A stretch of 64,000 nucleotides of DNA, from the NCBI GenBank assembly GCA_035293985.1, contig DATGLS010000054.1, positions 50,245 through 114,244 of the forward strand, written 5' to 3'. Made by a program: the position numbers and the translations under genes. Below the pieces are notes generated by a model. That model saw only the letters and a program-made list of their open reading frames with translations. It was not told the DNA's origin and ran no database searches. Source of the DNA: Xanthobacteraceae bacterium. GTDB taxonomy: Bacteria; Pseudomonadota; Alphaproteobacteria; Rhizobiales; Xanthobacteraceae. Positions 21,694-31,089 of this stretch are shown piece after piece (positions within the stretch are counted from its first letter, which is position 1; each line of letters starts with the position of its first letter).

Positions 21694-22401
21694 ATGCGCA
21701 CGACGACATCGCGAGGACGGGGTAGCGCGCGGCGGGCATTTCGCCGCTCTCACCCGGTGCGGCCGGCCGCGGCCGAGCCGCGGCCGCCGGCGCGCAAGCG
21801 GCCGACCAACCGCGCCGCCAAGAGCGAGGCGCGGCGCGCCGCGATCGTTCAGGGGGCCCTCGACGAGTTCTCCGCGCGCGGCTTTGCGGCCACCCGCATC
21901 GACGACGTCGCGGCGCGCGCCGGCGTCGCCAAGGGTACGATCTACCTCTACTTCGACGACAAGGAGGCGCTGTTTCGCGAGATCGTCACCACCATGCTGG
22001 TGCCGCTCGTCGCGACGCTCGAGGCGCCGCCGCCCGACGTCCCCGTCCGCGCCGTGATCACGCGGTTCATGGAGCTGTTCGTGCGGGAAATCTACGCGAC
22101 GCAACGGTGCAACGTCATCCGCCTCGTCATGACCGAAGGCGCACGCTTTCCCGAGCTCGCCGAATTCCACTACCGCAACGTGGTCGCGCGCGCGATCGCG
22201 GCGATGCGGGCGCTGCTCACGCGCGCGCACGAGCGCGGCGAGCTCAAGGACGACAGGTTGATCCGCTTTCCCCAGCTCATCGCGGCGCCCGCCATGATGG
22301 CGATCGTCTGGAGCGGCCTGTTCGAACGCTTCGCCCCGCTCGACGTCGAGGCGATGATGCGCGCCCACATCGACACGCTGTTCGAAGGATGCGCGCCATG
22401 A
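21694..22401 (+). CDS. TetR/AcrR-family repressor
   Basis: ORF 21616..22401, start moved to ATG 21694 after GGGAGA; HTH FSARGFAATRIDDVAARAGVAKGTIYLYF. Confidence 0.85.
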   Translation: MRTTTSRGRGSARRAFRRSHPVRPAAAEPRPPARKRPTNRAAKSEARRAAIVQGALDEFSARGFAATRIDDVAARAGVAKGTIYLYFDDKEALFREIVTTMLVPLVATLEAPPPDVPVRAVITRFMELFVREIYATQRCNVIRLVMTEGARFPELAEFHYRNVVARAIAAMRALLTRAHERGELKDDRLIRFPQLIAAPAMMAIVWSGLFERFAPLDVEAMMRAHIDTLFEGCAP

Positions 22402-23216
22402 CGATGCGCGTCCCAGGGCAAGGGGATTGCGCAAGCACCGCCCGCGGGGCGCTCGCCGCGGCATTGCTCGCGCTCTTCGCACTGCCGCTCGCTGGCTGCA
22501 ACGACAAGCCGCCCGCCTTCCAGGGCTGGGTCGAGGCGAACCTGATCTTCGTCGGCGCCGACGAGAACGGCCGCGTCGAGACGCTTTCGGTCAAGGAAGG
22601 CGATCACATCGACAAGGGCGCGCCGCTGTTCACGCTCGACGACGACCTGTTCAAGGCGGATCTCAACATGAACATGGCGACGCTCGCCAACGCGCAGCAG
22701 ACCTTCGACCGCGCCCAGCAGTTGCTGCGGACCGGCGCCGGCACGCAGAAGGATTTCGACACCGCGCAGGCGGCCCTGCGTCAGGCCAAGGCGCAGGTGA
22801 ACTCGTCGCAGACGCGGCTCGCGCGCCGCGCCATCGCGAGCCCGGTGACCGGTACCGTCGAGCAGGTCTACTTCCGGCCGGGCGAGGTCGTCACCGCCTC
22901 CAAGCCGATCGTCGCGCTGCTGCCGCCCGGCAACATCAAGATTCGCTTCTTCGTCGCCGAGACTGCGCTCGCCCGCCTGTCCTACGGCCAGGAGGTGCGG
23001 GTGCATTGCGACGGCTGCGCGAGAGACATCGTCGCCAAGGTGAGCTTCATCGCCAAGAGCGCCGAGTTCACGCCGCCCGTCATCTACAGCGAGGCGGAAC
23101 GCGCCAAGCTCGTCTACCTGATCGAGGCGCTCCCGGTCGATCCCGGCAATTTGCGGGTCGGCCAGCCGGTCGACGTCACATTCGCCGACGAGAAGGGCGC
23201 GGAGGCGAAGCGGTGA
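22398..23216 (+). CDS. HlyD-family membrane-fusion lipoprotein
   Basis: ATGA overlap with the TetR stop; lipobox LPLAGC; coiled-coil and barrel regions typical of YbhG-like adaptors. Confidence 0.8.
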   Translation: MTMRVPGQGDCASTARGALAAALLALFALPLAGCNDKPPAFQGWVEANLIFVGADENGRVETLSVKEGDHIDKGAPLFTLDDDLFKADLNMNMATLANAQQTFDRAQQLLRTGAGTQKDFDTAQAALRQAKAQVNSSQTRLARRAIASPVTGTVEQVYFRPGEVVTASKPIVALLPPGNIKIRFFVAETALARLSYGQEVRVHCDGCARDIVAKVSFIAKSAEFTPPVIYSEAERAKLVYLIEALPVDPGNLRVGQPVDVTFADEKGAEAKR

Positions 23217-24187
23217 CCGCGGGCTCCGATATCGCGCGCGACGCGAGCACTCCCGCGTCGGACATCGCGATCGAGGTCGAAGGGCTGAGCAAGTCGTTCG
23301 ACGGTCATCCCGCCGTCAAGGACCTCACCATGCGGGTCAAGCGCGGGCTGATCTACGGCTTCCTCGGTCCCAACGGCTCGGGCAAGACCACGACAATTCG
23401 CATGCTGTGCGGCCTGCTCACGCCGGATTCCGGCCGCGGCACCTGCCTCGGCTACGACATCCGCACCGACGCCGAGAAGATCAAGGTCCACGTCGGCTAC
23501 ATGACGCAGCGCTTCAGCCTCTACGACGACCTCTCGGTGCGCGAGAACCTCGAGTTCGTCGCCCGCATCTACGGGATTCCCAACCCGCGCGCGGCGGCGC
23601 GCGGCGCGATCGAGCGGCTCGGCCTCGGCGGCCGCGAGGAGCAGATCGCCGGCAGTCTCTCGGGCGGCTGGAAGCAGCGGCTCGCGCTCGGCGCCTGCAC
23701 GCTGCCCAATCCGCAGCTCCTGCTGCTCGACGAGCCGACCGCCGGCGTCGACCCGAAGGCGCGGCGCGAGTTCTGGAACGAGATCCATGCGCTGGCGGGC
23801 GAAGGTCTGACCGTGCTGGTCTCGACCCACTACATGGACGAGGCCGAGCGCTGTCACGAGATCGCCTACATCGCCTACGGCCAGCTGCTCGCCCAGGGGA
23901 CGGTCGAGCAGGTCATCGCCGGGGCGCATCTTGCGACCTACACGGTCTCGGGCGGCGACCTCACGCGGCTCGGCGAGGAGCTCGCGCATCGCCACGGCGT
24001 CACTATGGTGGCGCCATTCGGCGCGAGCTTGCACGTGTCGGGGCGCGATGAGGCCGCGCTCGAGGCCGCGATCGCGCCTTATCGCGCCGATCCGGCCGTG
24101 CGCTGGGAAAAGTCCGAAGCTTCGCTCGAGGACGTGTTCATCGAGCTGATGAGTCACGCATCCGACAACCGACGCGATACCCAATAG
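23213..24187 (+). CDS. ABC transporter ATP-binding protein
   Basis: GTGA overlap with the previous stop (GTG start inferred); Walker A GPNGSGKTT, signature LSGGWKQR, Walker B LLLLDEP. Confidence 0.85.
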   Translation: MTAGSDIARDASTPASDIAIEVEGLSKSFDGHPAVKDLTMRVKRGLIYGFLGPNGSGKTTTIRMLCGLLTPDSGRGTCLGYDIRTDAEKIKVHVGYMTQRFSLYDDLSVRENLEFVARIYGIPNPRAAARGAIERLGLGGREEQIAGSLSGGWKQRLALGACTLPNPQLLLLDEPTAGVDPKARREFWNEIHALAGEGLTVLVSTHYMDEAERCHEIAYIAYGQLLAQGTVEQVIAGAHLATYTVSGGDLTRLGEELAHRHGVTMVAPFGASLHVSGRDEAALEAAIAPYRADPAVRWEKSEASLEDVFIELMSHASDNRRDTQ

Positions 24188-24198
24188 GGAGGCAAACG

Positions 24199-25338
24199 AT
24201 GAGCGGCGCGATCGCCTTCCGCTCCGGTTTCTGGCGCCGCACCGGGGCCATGCTGCTCAAGGAATTCCTGCAGCTGCGGCGCGACCGCATTACGTTCGCG
24301 ACGATGATCTCGATTCCGATCATGCAGCTCGTGCTGTTCGGCTATGCCATCAACACGGTGCCGCGCGACCTGCCGACCGCCGTGCTGGCGCAGGAATCGA
24401 GCGACGTCGGTCGCACCATCCTCAAGGCGCTGGAGAACACCCGCTACTTCAAGGTGACGCGGCGCGTGCGCGATGAGGCCGAGTTCGACCAGGTGCTGCA
24501 ATCCGGCCAGGTCCTGTTCGGCATCGAGATCCCGCAGAACTTCGAGCGCGATCTGCGCCGCGGCGACCAGCCCACGATCCTGGTCGCCGCCGACGCGACC
24601 GATCCGGTCGCCACCGGCAATGCGCTCGGCGCGCTCAACCAGCTGGTCCAGACCGCGCTCGTCAACGACCGTGAAATTCCCGCCGGGGGGCCGATGCCGT
24701 TCAGCATCGTCGCGCATGCGCGCTACAATCCGGCGCAGTCGAGCCAGTACAACATCGTGCCCGGCCTGCTCGGCACCATCCTGACGCTGACGATGCTGAT
24801 CTTCACGGCGCTGTCGGTCACCCGCGAAACCGAGCGCGGCACCATGGAGAACCTGCTGTCGATGCCGATCACGCCGCTCGAGATCATGCTCGGCAAGATC
24901 ACGCCCTACGTGCTGGTCGGCTTCCTGCAGGCCACCGTCATCGTGGTCGCCGGCCTTGCGCTGTTCGCAGTGCCGATCGTCGGCAATCCGCTGCTGCTGG
25001 CGGCGCTCACCACCCTGTTCATCGCCACCAACCTCGCCACCGGCTACACCTTCTCGACGCTCGCCCAGAACCAGCTGCAGGCCATGCAGATGGCGATGAT
25101 GTACTTCTTGCCCAACCTGCTGCTGTCGGGCTTTCTTTTTCCGTTCGCCGGCATGCCGGCCTGGGCGCGGTATGTCGGCGAGTGTCTGCCGCTGACGCAC
25201 TACATCCGCATCGTGCGCGCCATCATGCTCAAGGGCGCGGCGCTTGAGGATCTGCAGTACGACACGCTGGCGCTGGTCGGGCTGATGCTGGTCGCGATGC
25301 TGATCGCGGTGACCAGGTTCAGAAGGACGCTGGATTGA
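24199..25338 (+). CDS. ABC-2 type transporter permease
   Basis: 379 aa, multi-spanning; LLKEFLQLRRDRITFATMISIPIMQLVLFGYAIN N-terminus typical of YbhS/YbhR-like permeases. Confidence 0.85.
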   Translation: MSGAIAFRSGFWRRTGAMLLKEFLQLRRDRITFATMISIPIMQLVLFGYAINTVPRDLPTAVLAQESSDVGRTILKALENTRYFKVTRRVRDEAEFDQVLQSGQVLFGIEIPQNFERDLRRGDQPTILVAADATDPVATGNALGALNQLVQTALVNDREIPAGGPMPFSIVAHARYNPAQSSQYNIVPGLLGTILTLTMLIFTALSVTRETERGTMENLLSMPITPLEIMLGKITPYVLVGFLQATVIVVAGLALFAVPIVGNPLLLAALTTLFIATNLATGYTFSTLAQNQLQAMQMAMMYFLPNLLLSGFLFPFAGMPAWARYVGECLPLTHYIRIVRAIMLKGAALEDLQYDTLALVGLMLVAMLIAVTRFRRTLD

Positions 25339-25350
25339 TCAGGCGATGTC

Positions 25351-25450
25351 GTAGCCCGGATGAGCCGAGGGTCGCGCCTTCGGCAAGCCAAGCGAGAACT
25401 TCGCCAAATCCGGTATCAGCAGCCGCGCATGTCGCGCTCATGCGGGCTAC
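25351..25450. repeat. Family I inverted-repeat element
   Basis: Termini GTAGCCCGGATGAGC ... GCTCATGCGGGCTAC; the right arm contains the stop codon of the minus-strand AraC gene. Confidence 0.65.
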
Positions 25451-26232
25451 GAAGCGGCGCGTACCAATCGTCTCGGTGCCTCGCCCAGACTCCGCCGCAC
25501 CATCGCGGTGAACGCGCTCGGGCTGTCGTAGCCGACCGCATTGGCAGAGGCGGCGACCGAGTCGCCCGCGGAGAGCCGCGCCAGCCCTTCGACAGCCCTC
25601 AACCTTGCCCGCCATTCCGCAAAGCTCAGGCCCGTCTCGAGGCGAAACAATCGTGCCAAGGTGCGCCGGCTCGCCCCGCTGCGCTCGGCCCATTGGTCGA
25701 GATCGAGCGGGAGTGCCGGCCGATCGAGCAAAGCGCGTGCTACCCGAAGCGCCCGCGGGTCGCGCGGCATCGGCAGCTCGAGCGGACGGTCCTTGATGCG
25801 GGCAAGCTCGACCAGGATCAGGCGGGCGACGAGGCCGCCGCGGCCGGCCTCGTCATAGGCGGCAGGCTCTTCCAGCGCCGCGAGGATCAGCTCGCGCAGC
25901 AGGCCGGAGACCTCGATCAGCGTCGGCGCGCGTGGCAGCGCCGTTGCGGCCCGCGCGTCAATGAATAGAGTGCGCATCTCGACGCGGCTGCGCATGGTGA
26001 CGCGGTGGCCGATGTGGGGCGGCATCCACAGCGCGCGCGCCGGCGGCACGAGCCAGGCCGCATCTGCGGTTTCGATGCGCATGATGCCGCTGACCGCATG
26101 CAGAAGCTGGCCGCGGCGGTGCTTGTGCACGCTCGTGCGGTCGCCATCCTCGAAGGATTTGCCCATGGCGGCCACGGGCCGCGGCGCATCGTCGAGGATC
26201 GGGTGCAGCTCGACCTGCTGGAATCTCGCCAT
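25447..26232 (-). CDS. AraC-family regulator with a cupin-type N-terminal domain
   Basis: ORF 25447..26415, start moved to the MARFQQVELHP methionine at 26232; C-terminal HTH; divergent from the MFS gene. Confidence 0.8.
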   Translation of the reverse strand: MARFQQVELHPILDDAPRPVAAMGKSFEDGDRTSVHKHRRGQLLHAVSGIMRIETADAAWLVPPARALWMPPHIGHRVTMRSRVEMRTLFIDARAATALPRAPTLIEVSGLLRELILAALEEPAAYDEAGRGGLVARLILVELARIKDRPLELPMPRDPRALRVARALLDRPALPLDLDQWAERSGASRRTLARLFRLETGLSFAEWRARLRAVEGLARLSAGDSVAASANAVGYDSPSAFTAMVRRSLGEAPRRLVRAAS

Positions 26233-26353
26233 CTGGTTTGGCCCAAACGCGACGAAAATCGGCAGAACATCGCGAACGCGCAAGAGTAGGGTGCCCTCCA
26301 AATCCTGGCAAGAGCCGGGTCGCGATTCTTCAAAGAGATAAAGAGATAGAGCC

Positions 26354-27580
26354 ATGGACCTGGCCGCGAACACCCCAGCCGCCACCGGCAAGCGACTGCA
26401 GATCGGCTTCCTCAACTGGGCCCACGCGATCGATCATTTCGTGCTCGGCATCTACCCGACCATCGTGATCGGCCTCGAGGTCATCTATCATCGGCCCTAT
26501 GCGGAGCTGATCGCGCTCGCGACGGCGATGTTCATCGCCTTCGGCGTCTTCTCGCTGCCGGCCGGCTGGCTCGCCGACCGCTGGAGCCGGCGCAACATGA
26601 TGGTTGCGTTCTTCATCGGTTGCGGCCTCTCGCTCGGCGTCGCGGGCTTCGCCCCCAACATGGCCGTCATGGCGACGGCGCTGTTCGCGCTCGGCGTCTT
26701 CGCCGCCATCTACCACCCGGTCGGAATGGCGATGCTGATCGAGATCTCCCAGGCCAAGGGGCGCGTGCTCGCCTTCAACGGCGTGTGCGGCAACCTCGGC
26801 GTCGCGCTCGCGGCCGGCATCACCGGCCTTCTCGCCTCTTGGCTCGGCTGGCGCGCCGCGTTCCTGGTGCCTGCGGTCATCTGCGTCGCGACCGGCATCG
26901 TCTATCGCGCGGTCGTCGCCGACGACACCCATACGATCGCGCAGCGCAAGAAGACCGCCGAGGTCACGCTGACGGCGCGCGCCGCCATCACCATGTTCGC
27001 GCTGTTCGTGGTGATCTCGATCTCGAGCGGGCTCGTGTTCAACACCGTGCTGGTGGCGCTGCCCAAGCTCGTCGACGAGCAGCTCGGCAACACCGTCAAC
27101 CTGACGATCGTGGGCGGGCTCGCGACCGCGGTTTTTCTCTGCGGCGCGGTCTCCCAGGTCATCGTCGGCCGGCTGATCGAGCGCATGTCCGGGCCGATGC
27201 TGTTCGCGATCGTGGTGACCATCCAGTTCGCCGGCGTCATGCTCGCGGCGCGCACGAGCGGCGCCGTGCTGCTGATCTCGCTCGCCATCGCGATGGCGGC
27301 GATCTACGGTCAGGTGACGGTCGGCGACATCGTGGTGGCGCGGTTCACCGCCGATGCCTGGCGCGGGCGCATCTACTCGGTGCGCTACTTCCTAAACTTC
27401 ACCTCGTCGGCCGGCGCGGTGGCGATGATCGCCTTCCTGCACGACCGCGGCGGGTTTGCGCTGGTGCTCGCCGTGATCGCGGCTTGCGCCGGGGTGATGC
27501 TCGCGGGTGTCTACGGGTTCGCGGGACTCGCGTTCGCGGTGGAGAGCCGTCAGCGGGCGGCGGTGCAGCCGGCGGAATGA
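26354..27580 (+). CDS. MFS transporter
   Basis: 408 aa, about 12 hydrophobic segments; GWLADRWSRRNMM loop motif. Confidence 0.85.
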   Translation: MDLAANTPAATGKRLQIGFLNWAHAIDHFVLGIYPTIVIGLEVIYHRPYAELIALATAMFIAFGVFSLPAGWLADRWSRRNMMVAFFIGCGLSLGVAGFAPNMAVMATALFALGVFAAIYHPVGMAMLIEISQAKGRVLAFNGVCGNLGVALAAGITGLLASWLGWRAAFLVPAVICVATGIVYRAVVADDTHTIAQRKKTAEVTLTARAAITMFALFVVISISSGLVFNTVLVALPKLVDEQLGNTVNLTIVGGLATAVFLCGAVSQVIVGRLIERMSGPMLFAIVVTIQFAGVMLAARTSGAVLLISLAIAMAAIYGQVTVGDIVVARFTADAWRGRIYSVRYFLNFTSSAGAVAMIAFLHDRGGFALVLAVIAACAGVMLAGVYGFAGLAFAVESRQRAAVQPAE

Positions 27581-27595
27581 GGCTGGCTCGTAGGC

Positions 27596-27679
27596 GGTTG
27601 GGCAAAGGCGCGGAAGCGCCGTGCCCACGCGCCGTGAGGGTGCGCCGTGAGGGTGGGCACGCTTCCCTTTGCCCACCCG
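27596..27679. repeat. Family E palindrome (GGTGGGCAAAGG termini; copy E1)
   Basis: ggttgggcaaaggcgcggaagcgccgtgcccac ... gtgggcacgcttccctttgcccaccc. Confidence 0.7.
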
Positions 27680-27688
27680 ACGAAAACG

Positions 27689-28141
27689 TCACACCGGCGC
27701 GCAGAACAGATGCTCCACCTTCGCGCCGGTGCGCTCGTGGATGAGCTCGGCGACCCGGCGGCGGTGGCAGCCTTCGGGGTCGCGCTCGTAGCACAGGAGA
27801 CAGACGCGGCGGTCCTTGGCGAGGGATGCGAGCTCGTCCATCTCGGCGCGCGCATCCGGCGTCTTGAGATGCTTTTCGTAGATGCGAAAGAGCTCGTCGC
27901 GACGGCCGGCGCGCGCGGCAAGCCGGCCTTCCTTCGGCGTGCCGAGCGCGCGCAGGTGGATATAGGCGATGCCGCGCTCGTCCAGGCCGGCGGCGAGCTG
28001 GTTCTTCGAGAAGCCGGGGCGGCGCGAGGAAGTGACGGCGCGCACGTCGACCACGAGGTCGACCTTGGCGCCGCGCAATTCGTCGAGCATCGCGGCCGTC
28101 GTCGCGTGCTCATAGCCGATGGTGAAGAGCGGTTTCTTCAT
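27689..28141 (-). CDS. DUF488 family protein
   Basis: 150 aa; LFTIGYEH...LVDVR......GFSKNQLAAGL...YIHLRALG...CLLCYERDPEGCHR pattern. Confidence 0.8.
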   Translation of the reverse strand: MKKPLFTIGYEHATTAAMLDELRGAKVDLVVDVRAVTSSRRPGFSKNQLAAGLDERGIAYIHLRALGTPKEGRLAARAGRRDELFRIYEKHLKTPDARAEMDELASLAKDRRVCLLCYERDPEGCHRRRVAELIHERTGAKVEHLFCAPV

Positions 28142-28394
28142 CGAAAAACCTTTCCGCTTGGGGGCTTGCCGAGAAAAAGCCCGGTAAAAGCCGCGGCGTC
28201 GTCGCGAAAGCGTGTCGAACGGATCACACCGCGCCGAGAACTTAACCTAAGTGCAAGTCGGCGCCCACTCAACGCTTGCGCAAATCGTCGACTTCGATCA
28301 TAAGCCCGCTCCTTCGCGCAGCTTGGCACGGGTTCACAAGACACCGGCTGGCGCGGGCCGCTTTGCGGTTTCGCGTTCCGCTGCACGTAGACCA

Positions 28395-28456
28395 GCAGTC
28401 CGTCGTTGGGACACCGGAGAAATCCGGAGCCGGTTCGAGTCCGGTCGATTGCTCCA
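28395..28456 (+). ncRNA. 62-nt tRNA-like minihelix lacking an anticodon loop
   Basis: Acceptor GCAGTC(C)/CGATTGC; 12-nt GGG-containing linker; helix CCGGA/TCCGG capped by GAAA; T arm GCCGG-TTCGAGT-CCGGT; ends T-CCA. Function and expression unknown. Confidence 0.4.
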
Positions 28457-28458
28457 AT

Positions 28459-28534
28459 GCGAGGATAGCTCATTGGGTAGAGCGGATGACTGATAATCAT
28501 CAGGCAGCAGGTTCGAATCCTGTTCCACGCGCCA
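28459..28534 (+). tRNA. tRNA-Ile(GAU)-like gene with an acceptor-stem mismatch (possibly a pseudo-tRNA)
   Basis: 76-nt cloverleaf: GCGAGGA-TA-GCTC-ATTGGGTA-GAGC-G-GATGA-CTGATAA-TCATC-AGGCA-GCAGG-TTCGAAT-CCTGT-TCCACGC-G-CCA; A:A at 4:69. Confidence 0.65.
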
Positions 28535-28861
28535 TCAGCCTTCTCAGCTGACAAGGCCCTCATGAAGGGGACCGGGCGCGCGCTTCAGTCGCGGTCCGGT
28601 CGTTGAGCCGCAAGGCTCTTTCGTCCGAGCTCAGACACCGTGAGACCGGCTTTGCGCCGGGGCGGATACCGCCCGCGCGCGATTCCGGGTTCGCCGCTCG
28701 GCCGCCGTGCGCAAGCACGGAGGACGGGCACGCGCGCCCAGAATCCTGCGCGGGCTCAAGCCCCGGCCCGCTGTTCTGACGGGAAGTGCGCGTCCGGAAC
28801 CCGGTCCTCGTGACATCAACCAGGCCACGCGGCAACGCGCGGCCAACGCAGGAGAAGTGCC

Positions 28862-30013
28862 ATGGACCGGCACCTGTTCACGCTGAGCGTGACGGTACGC
28901 GATGGCGAGCGTGCGCTCGTCTCGCGCGACGGCCGGTTCGAGCAGGTGCTCGAGGCGGGCCGCCACTCGCTGTACGACCCCGGCCGTCGGATCGCGGTCG
29001 AGCAGTTCAATGTCGTGCGCGCCGAATTCCCGGCCGATCGTTACGCCGTGCTCAAGGCGGCGCGGCCCGATCTCGCGGCCGAGCTGTTCGAGCTCGTCGA
29101 GTCGGGCGCGAGCGAGCTCGCGATCGTGAGCCTCGACGGCCGGCCGGTGCACCTGATCGGCCCGTGGCAGTCGCGCGTGTTCTGGAAGGTCGCAACCCGC
29201 GTCGAGGTCGAGCGCATCGACGTCGCGAGCGACCCGAAGGTCGCGCCGCGCCATCTCGCGATGGTGAACCGCACGAAGAACCAGTATCTCTCCGAGAACG
29301 TGGTCGAGAACCACGAGGCGGGCCTGCTCTATGTCGAGGGCCGGCTCGTCGAGCGGCTCGCCCCGGGCCGGCACGCCTACTGGACGGTCGACCGCAAGGT
29401 CGAGGTCAAGCGCGTCGACCTGCGCCCGCAGCTCCTGGAGATCACGGCGCAGGAGATGCTGACCAAGGACCGCGTATCGCTGCGCGTGACGCTCACGGCG
29501 TTCCGCCGGATCGTCGATCCGGAGCGGGTCGCCGCGACGGTCGCGGACGTCGACGCCTGGCTCTACCGCCTGGTGCAGTTCGCGATCCGCGAGGCGGTGG
29601 CGGCGCGCACGCTCGACGAGGTGCTCGCCGCGAAGAATGCGCTCGACGCGGAGCTGCGCGGCTTCGTGCGCGAGCGCGTCGCCGAGGCGGGCCTCGAGGT
29701 GACGGAGCTCGGCGTGAAGGATGTGATCCTGCCCGGCGAGATCCGCGAGCTCGTCAACAAGGTGGTGGAGGCGGAGCGGACGGCCAAGGCCAACCAGATC
29801 CGTCGCCAGGAGGAGACCGCGGCGACGCGCTCGCTCCTCAACACCGCGAAGCTGATGGAGGACAACCCGCTCCTCCTGCGGCTCAAGGAGCTCGAGTCGC
29901 TCGAGCGGCTGGTCGAGAAGGTCGGCAAGATCGACCTGCACGCCGGCCGCGGCGAGGGCCTCGATGCGCTGCTCACCGACCTCGTGCGCCTCAAGGCGCC
30001 CGAGAGCGCGTGA
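28862..30013 (+). CDS. SPFH/band-7 (slipin-like) protein with an N-terminal repeat extension and no TM segment
   Basis: 383 aa; SPFH core EITAQEMLTKDRVSLRVTLTAFRRIVDP ... VKDVILPGEIRELVNKVVEAERTAKAN, followed by a coiled-coil tail. Confidence 0.8.
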   Translation: MDRHLFTLSVTVRDGERALVSRDGRFEQVLEAGRHSLYDPGRRIAVEQFNVVRAEFPADRYAVLKAARPDLAAELFELVESGASELAIVSLDGRPVHLIGPWQSRVFWKVATRVEVERIDVASDPKVAPRHLAMVNRTKNQYLSENVVENHEAGLLYVEGRLVERLAPGRHAYWTVDRKVEVKRVDLRPQLLEITAQEMLTKDRVSLRVTLTAFRRIVDPERVAATVADVDAWLYRLVQFAIREAVAARTLDEVLAAKNALDAELRGFVRERVAEAGLEVTELGVKDVILPGEIRELVNKVVEAERTAKANQIRRQEETAATRSLLNTAKLMEDNPLLLRLKELESLERLVEKVGKIDLHAGRGEGLDALLTDLVRLKAPESA

Positions 30014-30042
30014 GCAGCGTGACGGGAGTACGGAGCAAGAAG

Positions 30043-30070
30043 AAGGGCCGCCGGGCGACCGGCGGCCCTT
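30043..30070. terminator. 12-bp G+C-rich hairpin between convergent genes
   Basis: AAGGGCCGCCGG-gcga-CCGGCGGCCCTT, followed by cgattgtc (weak U tract). Confidence 0.5.
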
Positions 30071-30229
30071 CGATTGTCAAAGCACGCCGGCGTAGATTGC
30101 TCGGTCCGATGTCGAGGCCGAAATCTGCGATCACGGCCCATTCGCGCGCGTCGAGCTGAGCTTGTATGACCTCTCGTCGAGGGAGGGAAGATGATCGAGA
30201 AGTCGCTCCGCGCAAGAATCGACTCTTGA

Positions 30230-31039
30230 TTACGACTTCAACCTTTCGATCAGCGCCATTGCGCCGGCGGGTGCGCGCACCTTCCCTTCATGGATGAAAT
30301 AGGCGAACACGTCGCGCGGCGTCTTCTTGAGCTTGTGCGCCGTGTCGACGCGCTCGAGGTCGTCGGGCGCGCCGCCTTCGGCCCACAGGCGCACGCGCTT
30401 CGCCCAGGCGTCGAGCGCCTTCGGCGGATACGCGGTCGGGATGTCGTCCTCGCCCTTCTGCAGGCGGGCATAGACGAAATCGCTGGTCACGTCGGCGATG
30501 CCCGGATAGATGGCGTGCTCGGCGTAGACGACCGCGACATTGAATTCGCGGATCAGCTTGATGAATTCGGGCGAGCGGAAGCTGTCGTGGCGCACCTCGA
30601 CGACGTGCCGCAGCTTGAGGCCGTCGGCCTCGGCGGGCAGCAGCTCGAGAAAGCCGCCGAAGTCGGGGGCGTCGAACTTCTTGAAGGGCGAGAACTGCCA
30701 CAACAGCGGGCCGAGCCGGTCGCCGAGCTCGGTCACGCCCGAGCCGAGGAAGCGTTTGACCGAGTCGCCCCCCTCGCGCAGGACGCGGCGGTTGGTGGAA
30801 AAGCGCGATGCCTTGACCGAGAACTTGAACCCGTCCGGCACCGACGCCGCCCATTTTCGGAAGCTCTCCGGCTTCTGCGAGCCGTAATAGGTGGCGTTGA
30901 TCTCGATCGCGGTCAGATGCTGCCCGGCATATTCGAGCTCCTTCGCCTGCGGCAGCCCTTTGGGATAGAACACCCCGCGCCACGGCGGGAAATTCCAGCC
31001 GCCGATGCCGGTATAGATATGGCCCTGCTTGTCTGTCAT
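30230..31039 (-). CDS. DUF72 family protein
   Basis: 269 aa; IYTGIGGWNFPPWRGVFYP...LTAIEINATYY...WQFSPFKKF pattern. Confidence 0.85.
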   Translation of the reverse strand: MTDKQGHIYTGIGGWNFPPWRGVFYPKGLPQAKELEYAGQHLTAIEINATYYGSQKPESFRKWAASVPDGFKFSVKASRFSTNRRVLREGGDSVKRFLGSGVTELGDRLGPLLWQFSPFKKFDAPDFGGFLELLPAEADGLKLRHVVEVRHDSFRSPEFIKLIREFNVAVVYAEHAIYPGIADVTSDFVYARLQKGEDDIPTAYPPKALDAWAKRVRLWAEGGAPDDLERVDTAHKLKKTPRDVFAYFIHEGKVRAPAGAMALIERLKS

Positions 31040-31089
31040 CGATTTGTCGCCGGCGCGCCTTGTAAACGTCGCGATCCTCGCCTATCTAA

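Noticed and set aside
28142-28861. Two-piece (permuted) alphaproteobacterial tmRNA as the explanation for the T-arm/CCA element at 28395-28456
   Set aside because: The element has its own 5' acceptor strand. What follows it is a full cloverleaf with an anticodon arm. No ANDN...-type tag reading frame or pseudoknot region was found in the next 330 nt.
29991-30215. A 74-aa minus-strand ORF and an 11-codon plus-strand ORF in the slipin/DUF72 spacer
   Set aside because: No recognisable motif is present. The 74-aa ORF spans the terminator hairpin and the 3' end of the slipin CDS.
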